Source of the DNA: Planctomycetales bacterium
GTDB taxonomy: Bacteria > Planctomycetota > Phycisphaerae > SM23-33
Assembly (NCBI GenBank): GCA_030631085.1
Contig: DAOVLV010000001.1
Coordinates: 1-53,407, forward strand
Reading direction: 5' to 3'
Length of the DNA: 53,407 bases
The position numbers and the translations under genes were made by a program. Shown here one piece after another: positions 41,814-50,881 of the stretch (position 1 is its first letter; every line of letters begins with the position of its first letter). Under the pieces are notes generated by a model. It ran no database searches. It saw nothing but the letters and a program-made list of their open reading frames with translations, and was not told where the DNA came from.

Positions 41814-42767
41814 CTATCCGATCTGGCCTCCAAAACCTTTGTCCGGGTCTAAAGACTTCCAACAGGAATCGCCGCCAGACGCTATCACACCGCCAACGGA
41901 GGAAAATTCGTTCCTACGAATCGGAAGTGTGGTAGGTGTTATCATTACTTTTCGTAATCCGGCCTCTATCAAGTCAAGCCCGCATTTTGGACATTCATTC
42001 AAGTTCCCGGATACCTCGAAACCGCATCGACATTTTACAGGCTGGCCGATATTCGATAATGCGGACTCGGCGGAAGTGCTGGAAAAGGTAACAGCATCCC
42101 GCCTGTCGCCCGCTTCGTTTGGTATAGGTATCTGGTCATGCTCGGTAGGTTCGTCCTGTACGGCTAATCCTGCAACGTCCTCGGTGGTGTTTTGAGGTGG
42201 TCTAGGCACGTTGCTGATGATGTTGATAATTTTGTCGTCGCTTCCTTCACCTTTGCTTTCCGATAACCGCTCCAACTGACTTAATAATTGACTAATTGCC
42301 GCAATGGAATCGGGCTTGGCTTTGGCTGCCAGTCGTTTGATAGCCCGGCGGAGTTCCTGCTTTAATTCTGATAAAGATACCTCGGTTTGTTCATCGTCCC
42401 CGGCCCCTTCTGGCTCTTGTGATCTGTTGCCGCGTCCGGGTCCGCCGGGGTTATTTTTGCAGAATTTTCCATCCGGTCCATGTAAGGGATGTTTTTCTTC
42501 AATGTTTATAATATCTTCGTTAGGCGTGTCGGAATTATTAGGTGTCGAAAATGCTTTATCCCCCTCTTGTCTTTTTTTATCTTTACTACCTTCTACCTTT
42601 GAAGTTTCATCGTTTTCTTTGTCGTTTTTCCTACCGTCTTTTTCTACGTTTTTCCATTCACGTCTTTTTGATGTTCTAGGATGTTTCATATTGCTTTTTC
42701 CCCCATACATTCCCCGTCGGATGCCAGCATCGAAAGTTGTTTCTGGTTGCTGTTCTTTTCTTTCCAA
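41814..42767 (-). CDS. Charged hypothetical protein with C-terminal zinc ribbon
   Basis: CRCGFEVSGNLNECPKCG. Lys/Glu-rich N-terminal half. Confidence 0.5.
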   Translation of the reverse strand: MERKEQQPETTFDAGIRRGMYGGKSNMKHPRTSKRREWKNVEKDGRKNDKENDETSKVEGSKDKKRQEGDKAFSTPNNSDTPNEDIINIEEKHPLHGPDGKFCKNNPGGPGRGNRSQEPEGAGDDEQTEVSLSELKQELRRAIKRLAAKAKPDSIAAISQLLSQLERLSESKGEGSDDKIINIISNVPRPPQNTTEDVAGLAVQDEPTEHDQIPIPNEAGDRRDAVTFSSTSAESALSNIGQPVKCRCGFEVSGNLNECPKCGLDLIEAGLRKVMITPTTLPIRRNEFSSVGGVIASGGDSCWKSLDPDKGFGGQIG

Positions 42768-42937
42768 ACTTTAGGGCTGCTGTTGGCGTGTATCCCCGTA
42801 GTCGGTGGATCGCTCGCCCCTCACGTATCGCTTGGCGATCCAGTCTGGTCAAACCGTTTTGATCTTCCATTTTTGCTTCCCCCTGTTTCCCCATTTTTTC
42901 AGTTCATCAAAATTATAAAATATAAAAAGCAATAAAT

Positions 42938-43037
42938 AAGTGGGTAAGTGGTTCAAGTGGTTAGAAACGACTTTTTGCCTTAAGCGCGCTCTTAAGGGTA
43001 AAACCTGTTTTCAGTCAATTATGCCACTTACCCACTT
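42938..43037. repeat. Iteron-like AAGTGG hexamers (3 direct, 2 inverted) around the CTTAAG-CGCGC-TCTTAAG palindrome: candidate island origin
   Basis: AAGTGG at 42938, 42946 and 42955. CCACTT at 43024 and 43032. 14-bp arms AAGTGGGTAAGTGG/CCACTTACCCACTT. Confidence 0.45.
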
Positions 43038-45318
43038 ACTTTCCGGCGTGCCCCAACGGTTCATCGGTTATATGCGCCCATTCAGGCTTCAGTCCGATAC
43101 CCGCAAAGGCCATTCTTTGCTTTCCGCTAATAACTAACTGCTTGCTTGTAATGTTTTCGATCCGGCGTATCTGTTCGTACAAAACTTTCCGACTCATCGT
43201 GTATCTCTCGCCCGCCTCTTTCGCCCACCACAAATAAGCGTGGTACATATCCGGCTGGGCTATTTTTTTATCCTTGCCGGTTTCGCAATACATATCCAAA
43301 AATTCGGCAAGTTTGTTTTCTTCATCCTGATATTGCCTTGTCGCGTGCTTGACGGATTCCGGCGAAATTAACCCATACTGCTGCCACAATAAGCAACCCT
43401 CCACGGCCCACCTTAAAACGCCCGGCCATTCTTTTTTCAGTTTATCGAGCAGTTGATGATCCTGTTTTTCCAGTGCTACGGTAACGCCGAAGTCGATGAG
43501 CCTGATACGCCGCCAAATAGCATGGGATGATTCACTGATATTGGGCTTGTTGTTTGTAACCAAAACAGTTTTACAAATTCGCGGAAACTCAAAGTAGTCC
43601 CTGTGCATATACCGTCCCTTGAGAGTCGCGTCGCCGGTCAGTTCCTTTACCCGCTGCACTTTCATACGCCCGCCTTGCTCGGTTTCGGATGCCACGATAA
43701 GACGTTTTCCGAAAAGGTCGGCTATCTCGGTCGGGTGCTCATCAAACCTTTTCACAGTCAACAGGTGTGGTGGTGCTTTGCTTGCATAGTCGCCCATGTA
43801 GCCGAGAACCGTATCAAGGAACGTGCTCTTTCCGTTCGCCCCCGTCCCGTAAAAGATAGGTAGTATCTGCTCCGATATATCTCCAGTGAGAAAAATACCA
43901 GTTAGCCGCTGGAGGTAGTCTATCAACTCATCATCACCATCCATTATTTCGCCGATGAATTTTAGCCATAGCGAACTTTTTATATTGGGGTCATATTCGA
44001 CCGGGGCCAGTTTCGTGATAAAGTCAGTGGGCCTGTGTTTTCCAATTTCGCCCGTGCGTAGATCAACGGTTCCGTTCTGACAATTGAACAACCAAGTGTT
44101 TGCATCGAAAGACGCTGCGGGCGTTGCAAGTTCGCCTTTGGCTAACTCCATGAGTGCTTTAATCCGTCGCTCATTTTCAGAACTTGCTGCCCACTTTGCT
44201 GTTTTCTGTCGCTTGGTATCGTCGGGTTCATGCGCCGCGATGGTGTACCACGTCCGTACCGTCCGCTTGGCGAATTGCTGCACCTGTCGAATAGTATCTT
44301 TTTTCCACCGTGATCCGTCCCATATGAGCCACTTGCCCCATTGTTCACACCAAAGCACCTCGTCCCTGTACAATGCTGCGAAAAGTTCCGCGTTACCCGT
44401 GTCGGTCTGATTAAAACTGCTGTGATGTTCTGCCGGATACCGCTCCATCCCTTGAGCAATGGTTTCGATCTCACTGTCCGGTATGCTAGACGGGTCTTCG
44501 CACAGAGAGTTTTTTGAACCGAGTAAAACCTTACCAATGGTCTCCGTCTCCATACCCAGTTGCCCGCGCAAGAAACCCGCCAGCCGTGTAAGCCCGTCGT
44601 TGCGTTCGCCGACTGGTATTTTTTCATTCGTTCCGTCCGTTTCGGTTAGTGTTTCAACGTCTTGTTTTTTACTCTCAATTAATTTGGCAAGTAACCATTT
44701 TGGGGCTACCAAAACGTCTTGTGTATCTGGCGTACCGCGATACCAGTCGTAATGTCTGTTGCTTACGTGCAGGCTGTACGGCGCAACGACATAGCCGCCG
44801 TCGGCTTTCACGTCAACGCCCTTACCAAGAGCGTTTGCACGGCTCTTTACATTCCCGCCAGGATGCCGAAAGTAAAAGTGCGTTCCACCACTGCCCGTTA
44901 TTGACTGCAAGGTCTTTGGCAGTCGGCCATTGTTGTTTTCGATTTCGTCTAGTGTATCTTCACCACCATTACGCGGATCAATATCGAGCACCATAAGGCC
45001 GGATACTTTACCTGTCGCTATACCGATGTTTGCGTTGGGCCATTTTTCCCACCATTTTTTTATATCCCTCTGATCGGTGGTAGCGTCTTTCAGTCCGTGC
45101 ATAGTTCGCGGATGCTTGCCGGGGCTGTTGCAGCCACGTTTTCCACAAGCACATTTTCCGTCGTCTATCTCATAGATCGGAAGTACCTGCCAGCCTTGTT
45201 GTGCATATTCTAAAGCCACCTTAACTTTGCTTTGCCCTATTCGTTCTGCCCTGATTCTTTCAAATTCACTCTCAATAAAACCAAGTCGCCTCTGCTTTTT
45301 CTCACTTACATTTACCAT
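43036..45318 (-). CDS. Bifunctional primase-polymerase (PrimPol) / D5-P4-type helicase
   Basis: ..GWQVLPIYEI..CACGKRGCNSPGKHP.., ..LMVLDIDPRNGG.., Walker A GTGANGKSTF. 760 aa. Confidence 0.85.
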   Translation of the reverse strand: MVNVSEKKQRRLGFIESEFERIRAERIGQSKVKVALEYAQQGWQVLPIYEIDDGKCACGKRGCNSPGKHPRTMHGLKDATTDQRDIKKWWEKWPNANIGIATGKVSGLMVLDIDPRNGGEDTLDEIENNNGRLPKTLQSITGSGGTHFYFRHPGGNVKSRANALGKGVDVKADGGYVVAPYSLHVSNRHYDWYRGTPDTQDVLVAPKWLLAKLIESKKQDVETLTETDGTNEKIPVGERNDGLTRLAGFLRGQLGMETETIGKVLLGSKNSLCEDPSSIPDSEIETIAQGMERYPAEHHSSFNQTDTGNAELFAALYRDEVLWCEQWGKWLIWDGSRWKKDTIRQVQQFAKRTVRTWYTIAAHEPDDTKRQKTAKWAASSENERRIKALMELAKGELATPAASFDANTWLFNCQNGTVDLRTGEIGKHRPTDFITKLAPVEYDPNIKSSLWLKFIGEIMDGDDELIDYLQRLTGIFLTGDISEQILPIFYGTGANGKSTFLDTVLGYMGDYASKAPPHLLTVKRFDEHPTEIADLFGKRLIVASETEQGGRMKVQRVKELTGDATLKGRYMHRDYFEFPRICKTVLVTNNKPNISESSHAIWRRIRLIDFGVTVALEKQDHQLLDKLKKEWPGVLRWAVEGCLLWQQYGLISPESVKHATRQYQDEENKLAEFLDMYCETGKDKKIAQPDMYHAYLWWAKEAGERYTMSRKVLYEQIRRIENITSKQLVISGKQRMAFAGIGLKPEWAHITDEPLGHAGK

Positions 45319-45339
45319 TTTCTTTTCTCCACGAAAATT

Positions 45340-45393
45340 TTAGCCACGGGCGAAAGCCAAGCCGTGGAGTGCTCACTCCCGACCCGTGGCTAA
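45340..45393. promoter_or_regulatory. Nested hairpin between the 86-aa gene and the primase gene
   Basis: TTAGCCACGGG...CCCGTGGCTAA (11 bp) enclosing GGAGTG-CT-CACTCC. TTTTCTCCACG direct repeat on both sides. Confidence 0.45.
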
Positions 45394-45456
45394 TACTGAC
45401 TGTTGCTATTTTTCTCCACGTCATTTTGTTCATCAATTTATTATATTGAGTTGCTC

Positions 45457-45717
45457 TTAATTTTTTGAAAATTGATATGCCGAAAAATGCTGTCGTAACC
45501 TCTCGATAAGCAATTCCACCGGCAATTTTAATCGCCGTGCCACCACTGCCAATTTCTTACCTCTCATAATTAAATTGCAGGCCGCTTGATATTTCTTCGA
45601 CAGGCTTTGCATATCCATTTCAAAATGTAAATCATTGGAAAAGTCTGGTGTGTCCTTCTGATAAAGAATTCGACAGGTCGGCTGTTCATCATTTTTATTC
45701 ATTTTGTAATTCCCCAT
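45457..45717 (-). CDS. Hypothetical protein (86 aa)
   Basis: ORF track entry. Confidence 0.45.
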   Translation of the reverse strand: MGNYKMNKNDEQPTCRILYQKDTPDFSNDLHFEMDMQSLSKKYQAACNLIMRGKKLAVVARRLKLPVELLIERLRQHFSAYQFSKN

Positions 45718-45807
45718 TTTGGTTTGGCAGAGCAGAGCGGGGACGGTCAGAAACCCAGAAGAAAAGGAAAGAACCGCCCCCGCCTACAGGAGAAGCACTC
45801 ACGAAGA

Positions 45808-46239
45808 TTAATAACTAGACGTACTCGACCACTTCGGGTCGGAGCCGTGTGCAATTAAGACCGCCGTTATTTTGGAATCACCTTCGCCGTCGTACTCGAT
45901 ATTGATGAATCGCTTTGTGCCGATCACCAAGAAAACGTAAAGTCCATCCGCCGTTATCGAGAACGTATCATCCGAGACTGTTACCTCCGACGCGCTCATG
46001 CCGATGTTTTGTATAAGTTGGCATCGGTTCGACGAACTGGCCGAAAAGCCTGTCTCGTGGCTTGAATGCAAAGAGACATTACTGACGCCGGTCGTTCCCT
46101 TATCGACGGACAAAACCAATGTTGCATCGCCGTCATTTTGAATTGAATCAAATTCCGTTCCGCTAATGTCCGAAGAATTTGCTGCTGTAACGTTGTTCAA
46201 CAAAATCGCCGGGTTGTTTCCTGCTAAAATTTCTCTCAT
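45808..46239 (-). CDS. Hypothetical beta-rich protein (143 aa)
   Basis: ORF track entry. Confidence 0.5.
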   Translation of the reverse strand: MREILAGNNPAILLNNVTAANSSDISGTEFDSIQNDGDATLVLSVDKGTTGVSNVSLHSSHETGFSASSSNRCQLIQNIGMSASEVTVSDDTFSITADGLYVFLVIGTKRFINIEYDGEGDSKITAVLIAHGSDPKWSSTSSY

Positions 46240-46292
46240 TTTTTCATTCCTTAAAAAATTCCTAAACTACATTAATTCCTAAAATTAAATTC

Positions 46293-46517
46293 CTAAATAC
46301 TTACTTTCCGAAATAGAGGTCTAGCCCCCGACGCTTTTGCTCTCTCGCTATCTGGCCCAAAAATGTCATACTCCTTTTGTGTAACCCGGAAAGGCGGGTC
46401 GGCTTCTAGGCTTGGCCCAGCACCGTGGAAACTTTCACCAGTTCGCTTGCACTTCCAATAGCACATCGGCTCCATAGCCACCAAAATTCCGCCATCAACT
46501 TCCAATTCTTTTCCCAT
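46293..46517 (-). CDS. Hypothetical protein (74 aa)
   Basis: ORF track entry. Confidence 0.45.
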   Translation of the reverse strand: MGKELEVDGGILVAMEPMCYWKCKRTGESFHGAGPSLEADPPFRVTQKEYDIFGPDSERAKASGARPLFRKVSI

Positions 46518-46528
46518 TTTTTACTCTC

Positions 46529-47494
46529 CTAAATTGAGGGCATCGCCCAATAAATTTCCTGTGGTTTCACCCCGCACGATTCGTCGGCGGAAGTGTAAAA
46601 ACTTTGTAGTGATTCTCTTAAAGCCTTTTTTGTGTTAAGTAGTTCGGCATCGTCAAACCGACGGTCGTCGAGGTTTGATAAGACCTCTTGTATCTGCCGG
46701 ACTTTCCCCCAGAGCGACTTGCCTTTGGCAGTATTTCGGAATGACTTGACCGCCTCTCGATGCTCTGAAATATATTGCTCTCGCTCCTTGGCGGCCTTGT
46801 CCTTTTCCGTCTTGACTTGTTCGCGTTGCTCGGATGTTGATTCGTAGTTAAAGGTGTCCCGGACGGAATCAACAAAGGTCTCGATTTGCACTTTTGTAAT
46901 AAGCCCCCGAATGCCCGCCGGGTCGTAGGCGTGATCGGAACGAACTGTCAGCCCTGCCCGATTCAGTTCCTTGATTTCGGTTTGGTAGTTCTTGTAGAGT
47001 TCAAAAGTTTTGCTCAATTCCTTGCCCATCGCTTCCGCAGCATCGACGGCTTTTTCAAAATGCTTTTGCTGACGATTTCCGAGTTTCTTTAGTTTGCCCG
47101 CACGGTCGTACAAGGTACAAAGCCGTTCGACGATTTCTGGTAAGGCTTCGACAAACGCCTCTGACTGCCACTGAAGGATTTCTAATTCGTTTTTACGCTC
47201 GACAATTTCGTCCAATTGTGGCGGGCGTACTGGCCGACCTCGCGGGCTGCCGCCGTCCCGTATTCGGTCGTAGGTGTGATGCAGGACATGCTCTTTGGCC
47301 TCCGCACGTTTAGATTTCTCAAAGTCGGGGAAGGTCTTTATGCCGTCGGTGTACTTATACCACTGCCGACATCCTGGGCGAATCTTGTCGGGGTGGTTCT
47401 TTACAAACTGCCGCAAGGCATCCCCGGCCTTCCGCTGGTCGAGCAATTCGTCGATGAGTTTTTCGGGTGGTACTGTAAATTGTTTTTCTGTCAT
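46529..47494 (-). CDS. Hypothetical helical protein (321 aa)
   Basis: ORF track entry. First gene of the leftward island operon. Confidence 0.55.
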   Translation of the reverse strand: MTEKQFTVPPEKLIDELLDQRKAGDALRQFVKNHPDKIRPGCRQWYKYTDGIKTFPDFEKSKRAEAKEHVLHHTYDRIRDGGSPRGRPVRPPQLDEIVERKNELEILQWQSEAFVEALPEIVERLCTLYDRAGKLKKLGNRQQKHFEKAVDAAEAMGKELSKTFELYKNYQTEIKELNRAGLTVRSDHAYDPAGIRGLITKVQIETFVDSVRDTFNYESTSEQREQVKTEKDKAAKEREQYISEHREAVKSFRNTAKGKSLWGKVRQIQEVLSNLDDRRFDDAELLNTKKALRESLQSFYTSADESCGVKPQEIYWAMPSI

Positions 47495-47826
47495 TTTTCT
47501 ATATCTCCATCTTAAAAAGAAAAGGCGAAACCATCGGCCTTCTGGCCAACAGGTCCGCCTTCTTTGTCGAGCAAATTCCGTTTGGGAATTTCTGACCCAG
47601 CAAGGTCTAATTTTTTAAAAGAAGGGTTGAATTACCCGCCCTTCTTAAAGGATTATATAGTTTTCGTCAGAAAAACTTGTTAATTTTTTACACGATTTCG
47701 ACGATATTGAGCAAGTTTTACTACCAATAACCGCGTTTCGCCCTTTGTTTATATGGCTTTTCTCGACGCATAAATAAATTTTATTTTTATCTTTGTTTTC
47801 GATGATTTGGCACTATAATTGCTAAT

Positions 47827-47921
47827 GCGATGAATATACGATACTCCCAAAATGGCTTTGCCCTTCGGTTCGGCGAATCACTTCCTATGGTTGTGTATTC
47901 ATCGCAACCGGGCCGAAGGGC
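47827..47921. promoter_or_regulatory. Interleaved inverted repeats (A-B-A'-B') upstream of the recombinase gene
   Basis: A GCGATGAATA 47827-36 / A' TATTCATCGC 47896-905. B GCCCTTCGG 47860-68 / B' CCGAAGGGC 47913-21. Confidence 0.4.
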
Positions 47922-47999
47922 TTCAATTTCTACGCTGTACTATCACGAGTATTAATAAGTTTTTTCGCCGCCACCGGTATAATAACTAGGAGTAAAGCG

Positions 48000-50003
48000 A
48001 TGATCAAAACGCAGAAATTAAACAAGACCAGTTGCCTTACCGCTTGGTTGCTGACACGAGTCAGTTCCGAAGGTCAAGAGGAGGGCGAAGGCCCAGACGC
48101 CCAACTCCATAGCATCACACTGTCCGCTGAACGAGAAGGGTACACACCAAAGAATTGTAAGGTGGTGCAGGAAACAATTAGCGGATTCACCGAAAGAATC
48201 GAAGACCGTCCTTTATTGTCGAAAGCGTTAGATAGTGCAAAGGCCGGCGACTGTTTCTTTTGGGACAAGTCTGACCGTATGGCCCGCGACCGTATGGCGA
48301 AGGAAAGCATCATTCGCTTGATGCAACGTAAGGGACTGCGGTGTTTCGTGGGGGGGCTAGAGTTCGTCCTGTCGGATGAAACGCAAGTAGCCTTCCTATG
48401 TATGCAAGGAATCTTCGACCACCTCGCCGGAAGACAGTTAGTCGCCCGCATGGTGGACGGCAAAGCATCGCGTCGCCGTAAGGGGTTCATAATTGATTCG
48501 CAGGCCTCTTACGGTTTTGACTACATTAAAAATGAAGACCCGGCCTTGCGGACATTCCTCATTAACAAACAGGAAGCCAACGTGCTCCGCGAAATCATAT
48601 CTCGCGTTATCGACCTTAATCAGTCGATGAATCAAATAGCCAACTGGCTGAATGACAGTAGCATCCCGCCGAAGTCAGCCAAGCGGTGGAGTTCTGCAAG
48701 TCTGTGCTATATTTTGCGAAACCCCATCTTGACCGGCAAGGTAATGTCTGGACGCAACCGATACGAAAAAGACTCGGAAACTGGAAAGACAAAACGTATA
48801 ACGACACCACGTAGCGAATGGAAAGTTTTCAAGGAACTGCCTGACAGAATTATTGATGAAGATACATTCAACAGACTGCAACAAATTCTTGACTCTCGGA
48901 TACCGGCTCATCGACGTAAAGATAAAAAACCATCGGGGACTATGCAAAGCCGGAACGTCAAGGAGAATGACCAACGGATATTGAGGGACTTGTTATTTTG
49001 TAATTCGTGTGCCCGCTATGAAGGTGGAACCATACGCAGGTCAAAGATGGTTCCGGCACAAGGAGCCAGCCCCAAAGATGCTTTTTATGCTTGCTACTGG
49101 CGGCGAACTTCCGACAACAAGCGTAAAATGGCAGATAGGGAAAAATGCCGAATGCCATACATCCCGGCTAGTGAGGTTGAAGGGCTGGCAATGGAATACG
49201 TCAAGCGGATATTCCTTGACCCGAAATCAGTTTTGGAAAGCCTATTGACCGACAAGTCAATACAAGGTGAACTCATAGCGGCTGAAAAGCAACTAGCGTC
49301 CACCGAATCCAAACTTCACAAAACCAACCGTCGAATCGAAAAGACCCTTGACCAGATGCTCGACACGGAATCGGAACAGCGGAAACGCTCTCTTGATGAA
49401 AGCCTTGCTCGATATGAAAAAGAACGGGACGACTTGGAGGCCTACAAGTCCGGTCAGATGCGGGATGTTGAACGGTTACACCAGATGGTAGGGCGGGCCG
49501 ATCTGTTGAAAGATGCTGCTGACGACCTTGCAGGTATCAGGGCGGTGGCTGAAAAGGTGATAGACGAATTGAACACGGAACAGAAAAAACGATTGTTGAG
49601 AATAATTGCAAACCGAGCACAGTTTGCCATATCATTCCTTAAAGGCCGGGCAGGATATGTACTTGATGAATCCGTTGCCGCCGGTAAGTACGAAAGCAGG
49701 ATCGAGGCCGATGCCGATGGAGAGAATCCGATTGTCAATACCTACAAAGAAATCGGCAAAGCCCATTTTTCATTCCGCCCAAAGTCGCACGTACCAAAAT
49801 TCAGCGGCTGGCGGCTTGACCTTGCAGGAAATATCAAACCGTCGGAAATCATTGAAGGGCTGGCCCAGTTTGCCCGCGAAATTAGACCAAAGGTTTTCGC
49901 AAAGTACGCGAAAGACCAAGAGAAACATCCTCACAAGTCATATAAGAGTTACAAAACTGGCCCCGTCGATATTACCGCCCCTGACGCCGGACGAATCGCT
50001 TGA
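48000..50003 (+). CDS. Large serine recombinase (integrase of the island)
   Basis: ..LLTRVSSEGQ.. catalytic Ser, recombinase domain, Cys cluster CNSCARYEGG..YACYW, long coiled coil. TATAAT 47978-83 and AGGAG RBS. The last 12 codons lie in comM DNA. Confidence 0.9.
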   Translation: MIKTQKLNKTSCLTAWLLTRVSSEGQEEGEGPDAQLHSITLSAEREGYTPKNCKVVQETISGFTERIEDRPLLSKALDSAKAGDCFFWDKSDRMARDRMAKESIIRLMQRKGLRCFVGGLEFVLSDETQVAFLCMQGIFDHLAGRQLVARMVDGKASRRRKGFIIDSQASYGFDYIKNEDPALRTFLINKQEANVLREIISRVIDLNQSMNQIANWLNDSSIPPKSAKRWSSASLCYILRNPILTGKVMSGRNRYEKDSETGKTKRITTPRSEWKVFKELPDRIIDEDTFNRLQQILDSRIPAHRRKDKKPSGTMQSRNVKENDQRILRDLLFCNSCARYEGGTIRRSKMVPAQGASPKDAFYACYWRRTSDNKRKMADREKCRMPYIPASEVEGLAMEYVKRIFLDPKSVLESLLTDKSIQGELIAAEKQLASTESKLHKTNRRIEKTLDQMLDTESEQRKRSLDESLARYEKERDDLEAYKSGQMRDVERLHQMVGRADLLKDAADDLAGIRAVAEKVIDELNTEQKKRLLRIIANRAQFAISFLKGRAGYVLDESVAAGKYESRIEADADGENPIVNTYKEIGKAHFSFRPKSHVPKFSGWRLDLAGNIKPSEIIEGLAQFAREIRPKVFAKYAKDQEKHPHKSYKSYKTGPVDITAPDAGRIA

Positions 50004-50856
50004 GACGACACGGATTTATTCCGCACGCGGGTTGCTCGCGCCGGCCCAATCGCTGATGGCGATCAGGCCGGTGCGCACGCCGCACCATTCGACTTCGTCG
50101 GCTGCGCTGGTCGGCGGCGGCATCATCCCCCAGCCGGGGGAAATCTCGCTCGCGCACCACGGCGTGCTGTTCCTCGACGAACTGCCGGAATTCACGCGCG
50201 CCACGCTGGAGATGATCCGCCAGCCGCTGGAAGACCGATGGGTAACGATTCCGCGCGTTCATTCGACGCTGAAATTCCCAGCCGCGATTATGCTGGTCGC
50301 GGCGATGAACCCGTGTCCGTGTGGATATTTCACTGATCCGAAGCGGCAATGCAAGTGTTCGCCGGTGGTGATTGAGCGGTATTTATCGCGGATTTCCGGG
50401 CCTTTGATTGACAGGATTGACATTCACATCGAGGTCCCGCCGGTGCCTTGGCGACAACTCCGAGGCGACACCGACGGCCTGTCCAGCGCGGACATGCGTG
50501 AGCAAGTCCTAGCCGCCCGCCAGGTTCAGCGCAACCGTTTTTCTGTTTCTTCTTCCCAAGTCCCTAGTCCCACTCGTCAGGGCGGAGCCTGCCGTAGCCC
50601 GGAGTCCCTAGTCCCTTCATCCACTACGACAAATGCCACCATGTCGAGCAAGCAGGTCCGCCAATTCTGCAAACTCGACTCTGCCGGCGAGACGTTGCTC
50701 AAACAGGCAATGACCGAACTAGGCCTCTCAGCCCGCGCGCACGACAAGGTCCTACGCATCGCCCGCACCATTGCCGATATCGAAGGTGAAGAAAACATCC
50801 AATCGCATCATTTGGCAGAAGCGATACAATATCGAAAACTGGACAGAAGATTGTAG
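49966..50856 (+). pseudogene. comM: comM/yifB C-terminal part
   Basis: SILPPLTPDESLETTRIYS.., Walker B HHGVLFLDELPEF, ..PCPCGY..CKC.., ..LSARAHDKVLRIARTIADIEG..HLAEAIQYR. Confidence 0.85.
50557..50617. repeat. Heptamer-flanked GC-core element inserted in frame in comM
   Basis: caagtccctagtccc-actcgtcagggcggagcctgccgtagcccg-gagtccctagtccc. Encodes SQVPSPTRQGGACRSPESLVPS. Confidence 0.7.
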
Positions 50857-50881
50857 CGCAGAAACATAATTAGGATTAGGC

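Larger units (their letters stand above)
36267..49965. mobile_element. 13.7-kb integrative island inserted in comM by a large serine recombinase (boundaries +/- 3 bp)
   Basis: Host frame ..AKRIP | SILPPLT.. is restored exactly when 36267-49965 is removed. Visibly AT-richer. Carries the recombinase, PrimPol-helicase and a resolvase. Confidence 0.85.

Noticed and set aside
49606-49965. The first 120 codons of track ORF 49606..50856, taken as part of comM
   Set aside because: That stretch is an alternative frame of the serine recombinase gene. ComM similarity starts only at SILPPLT (49966).
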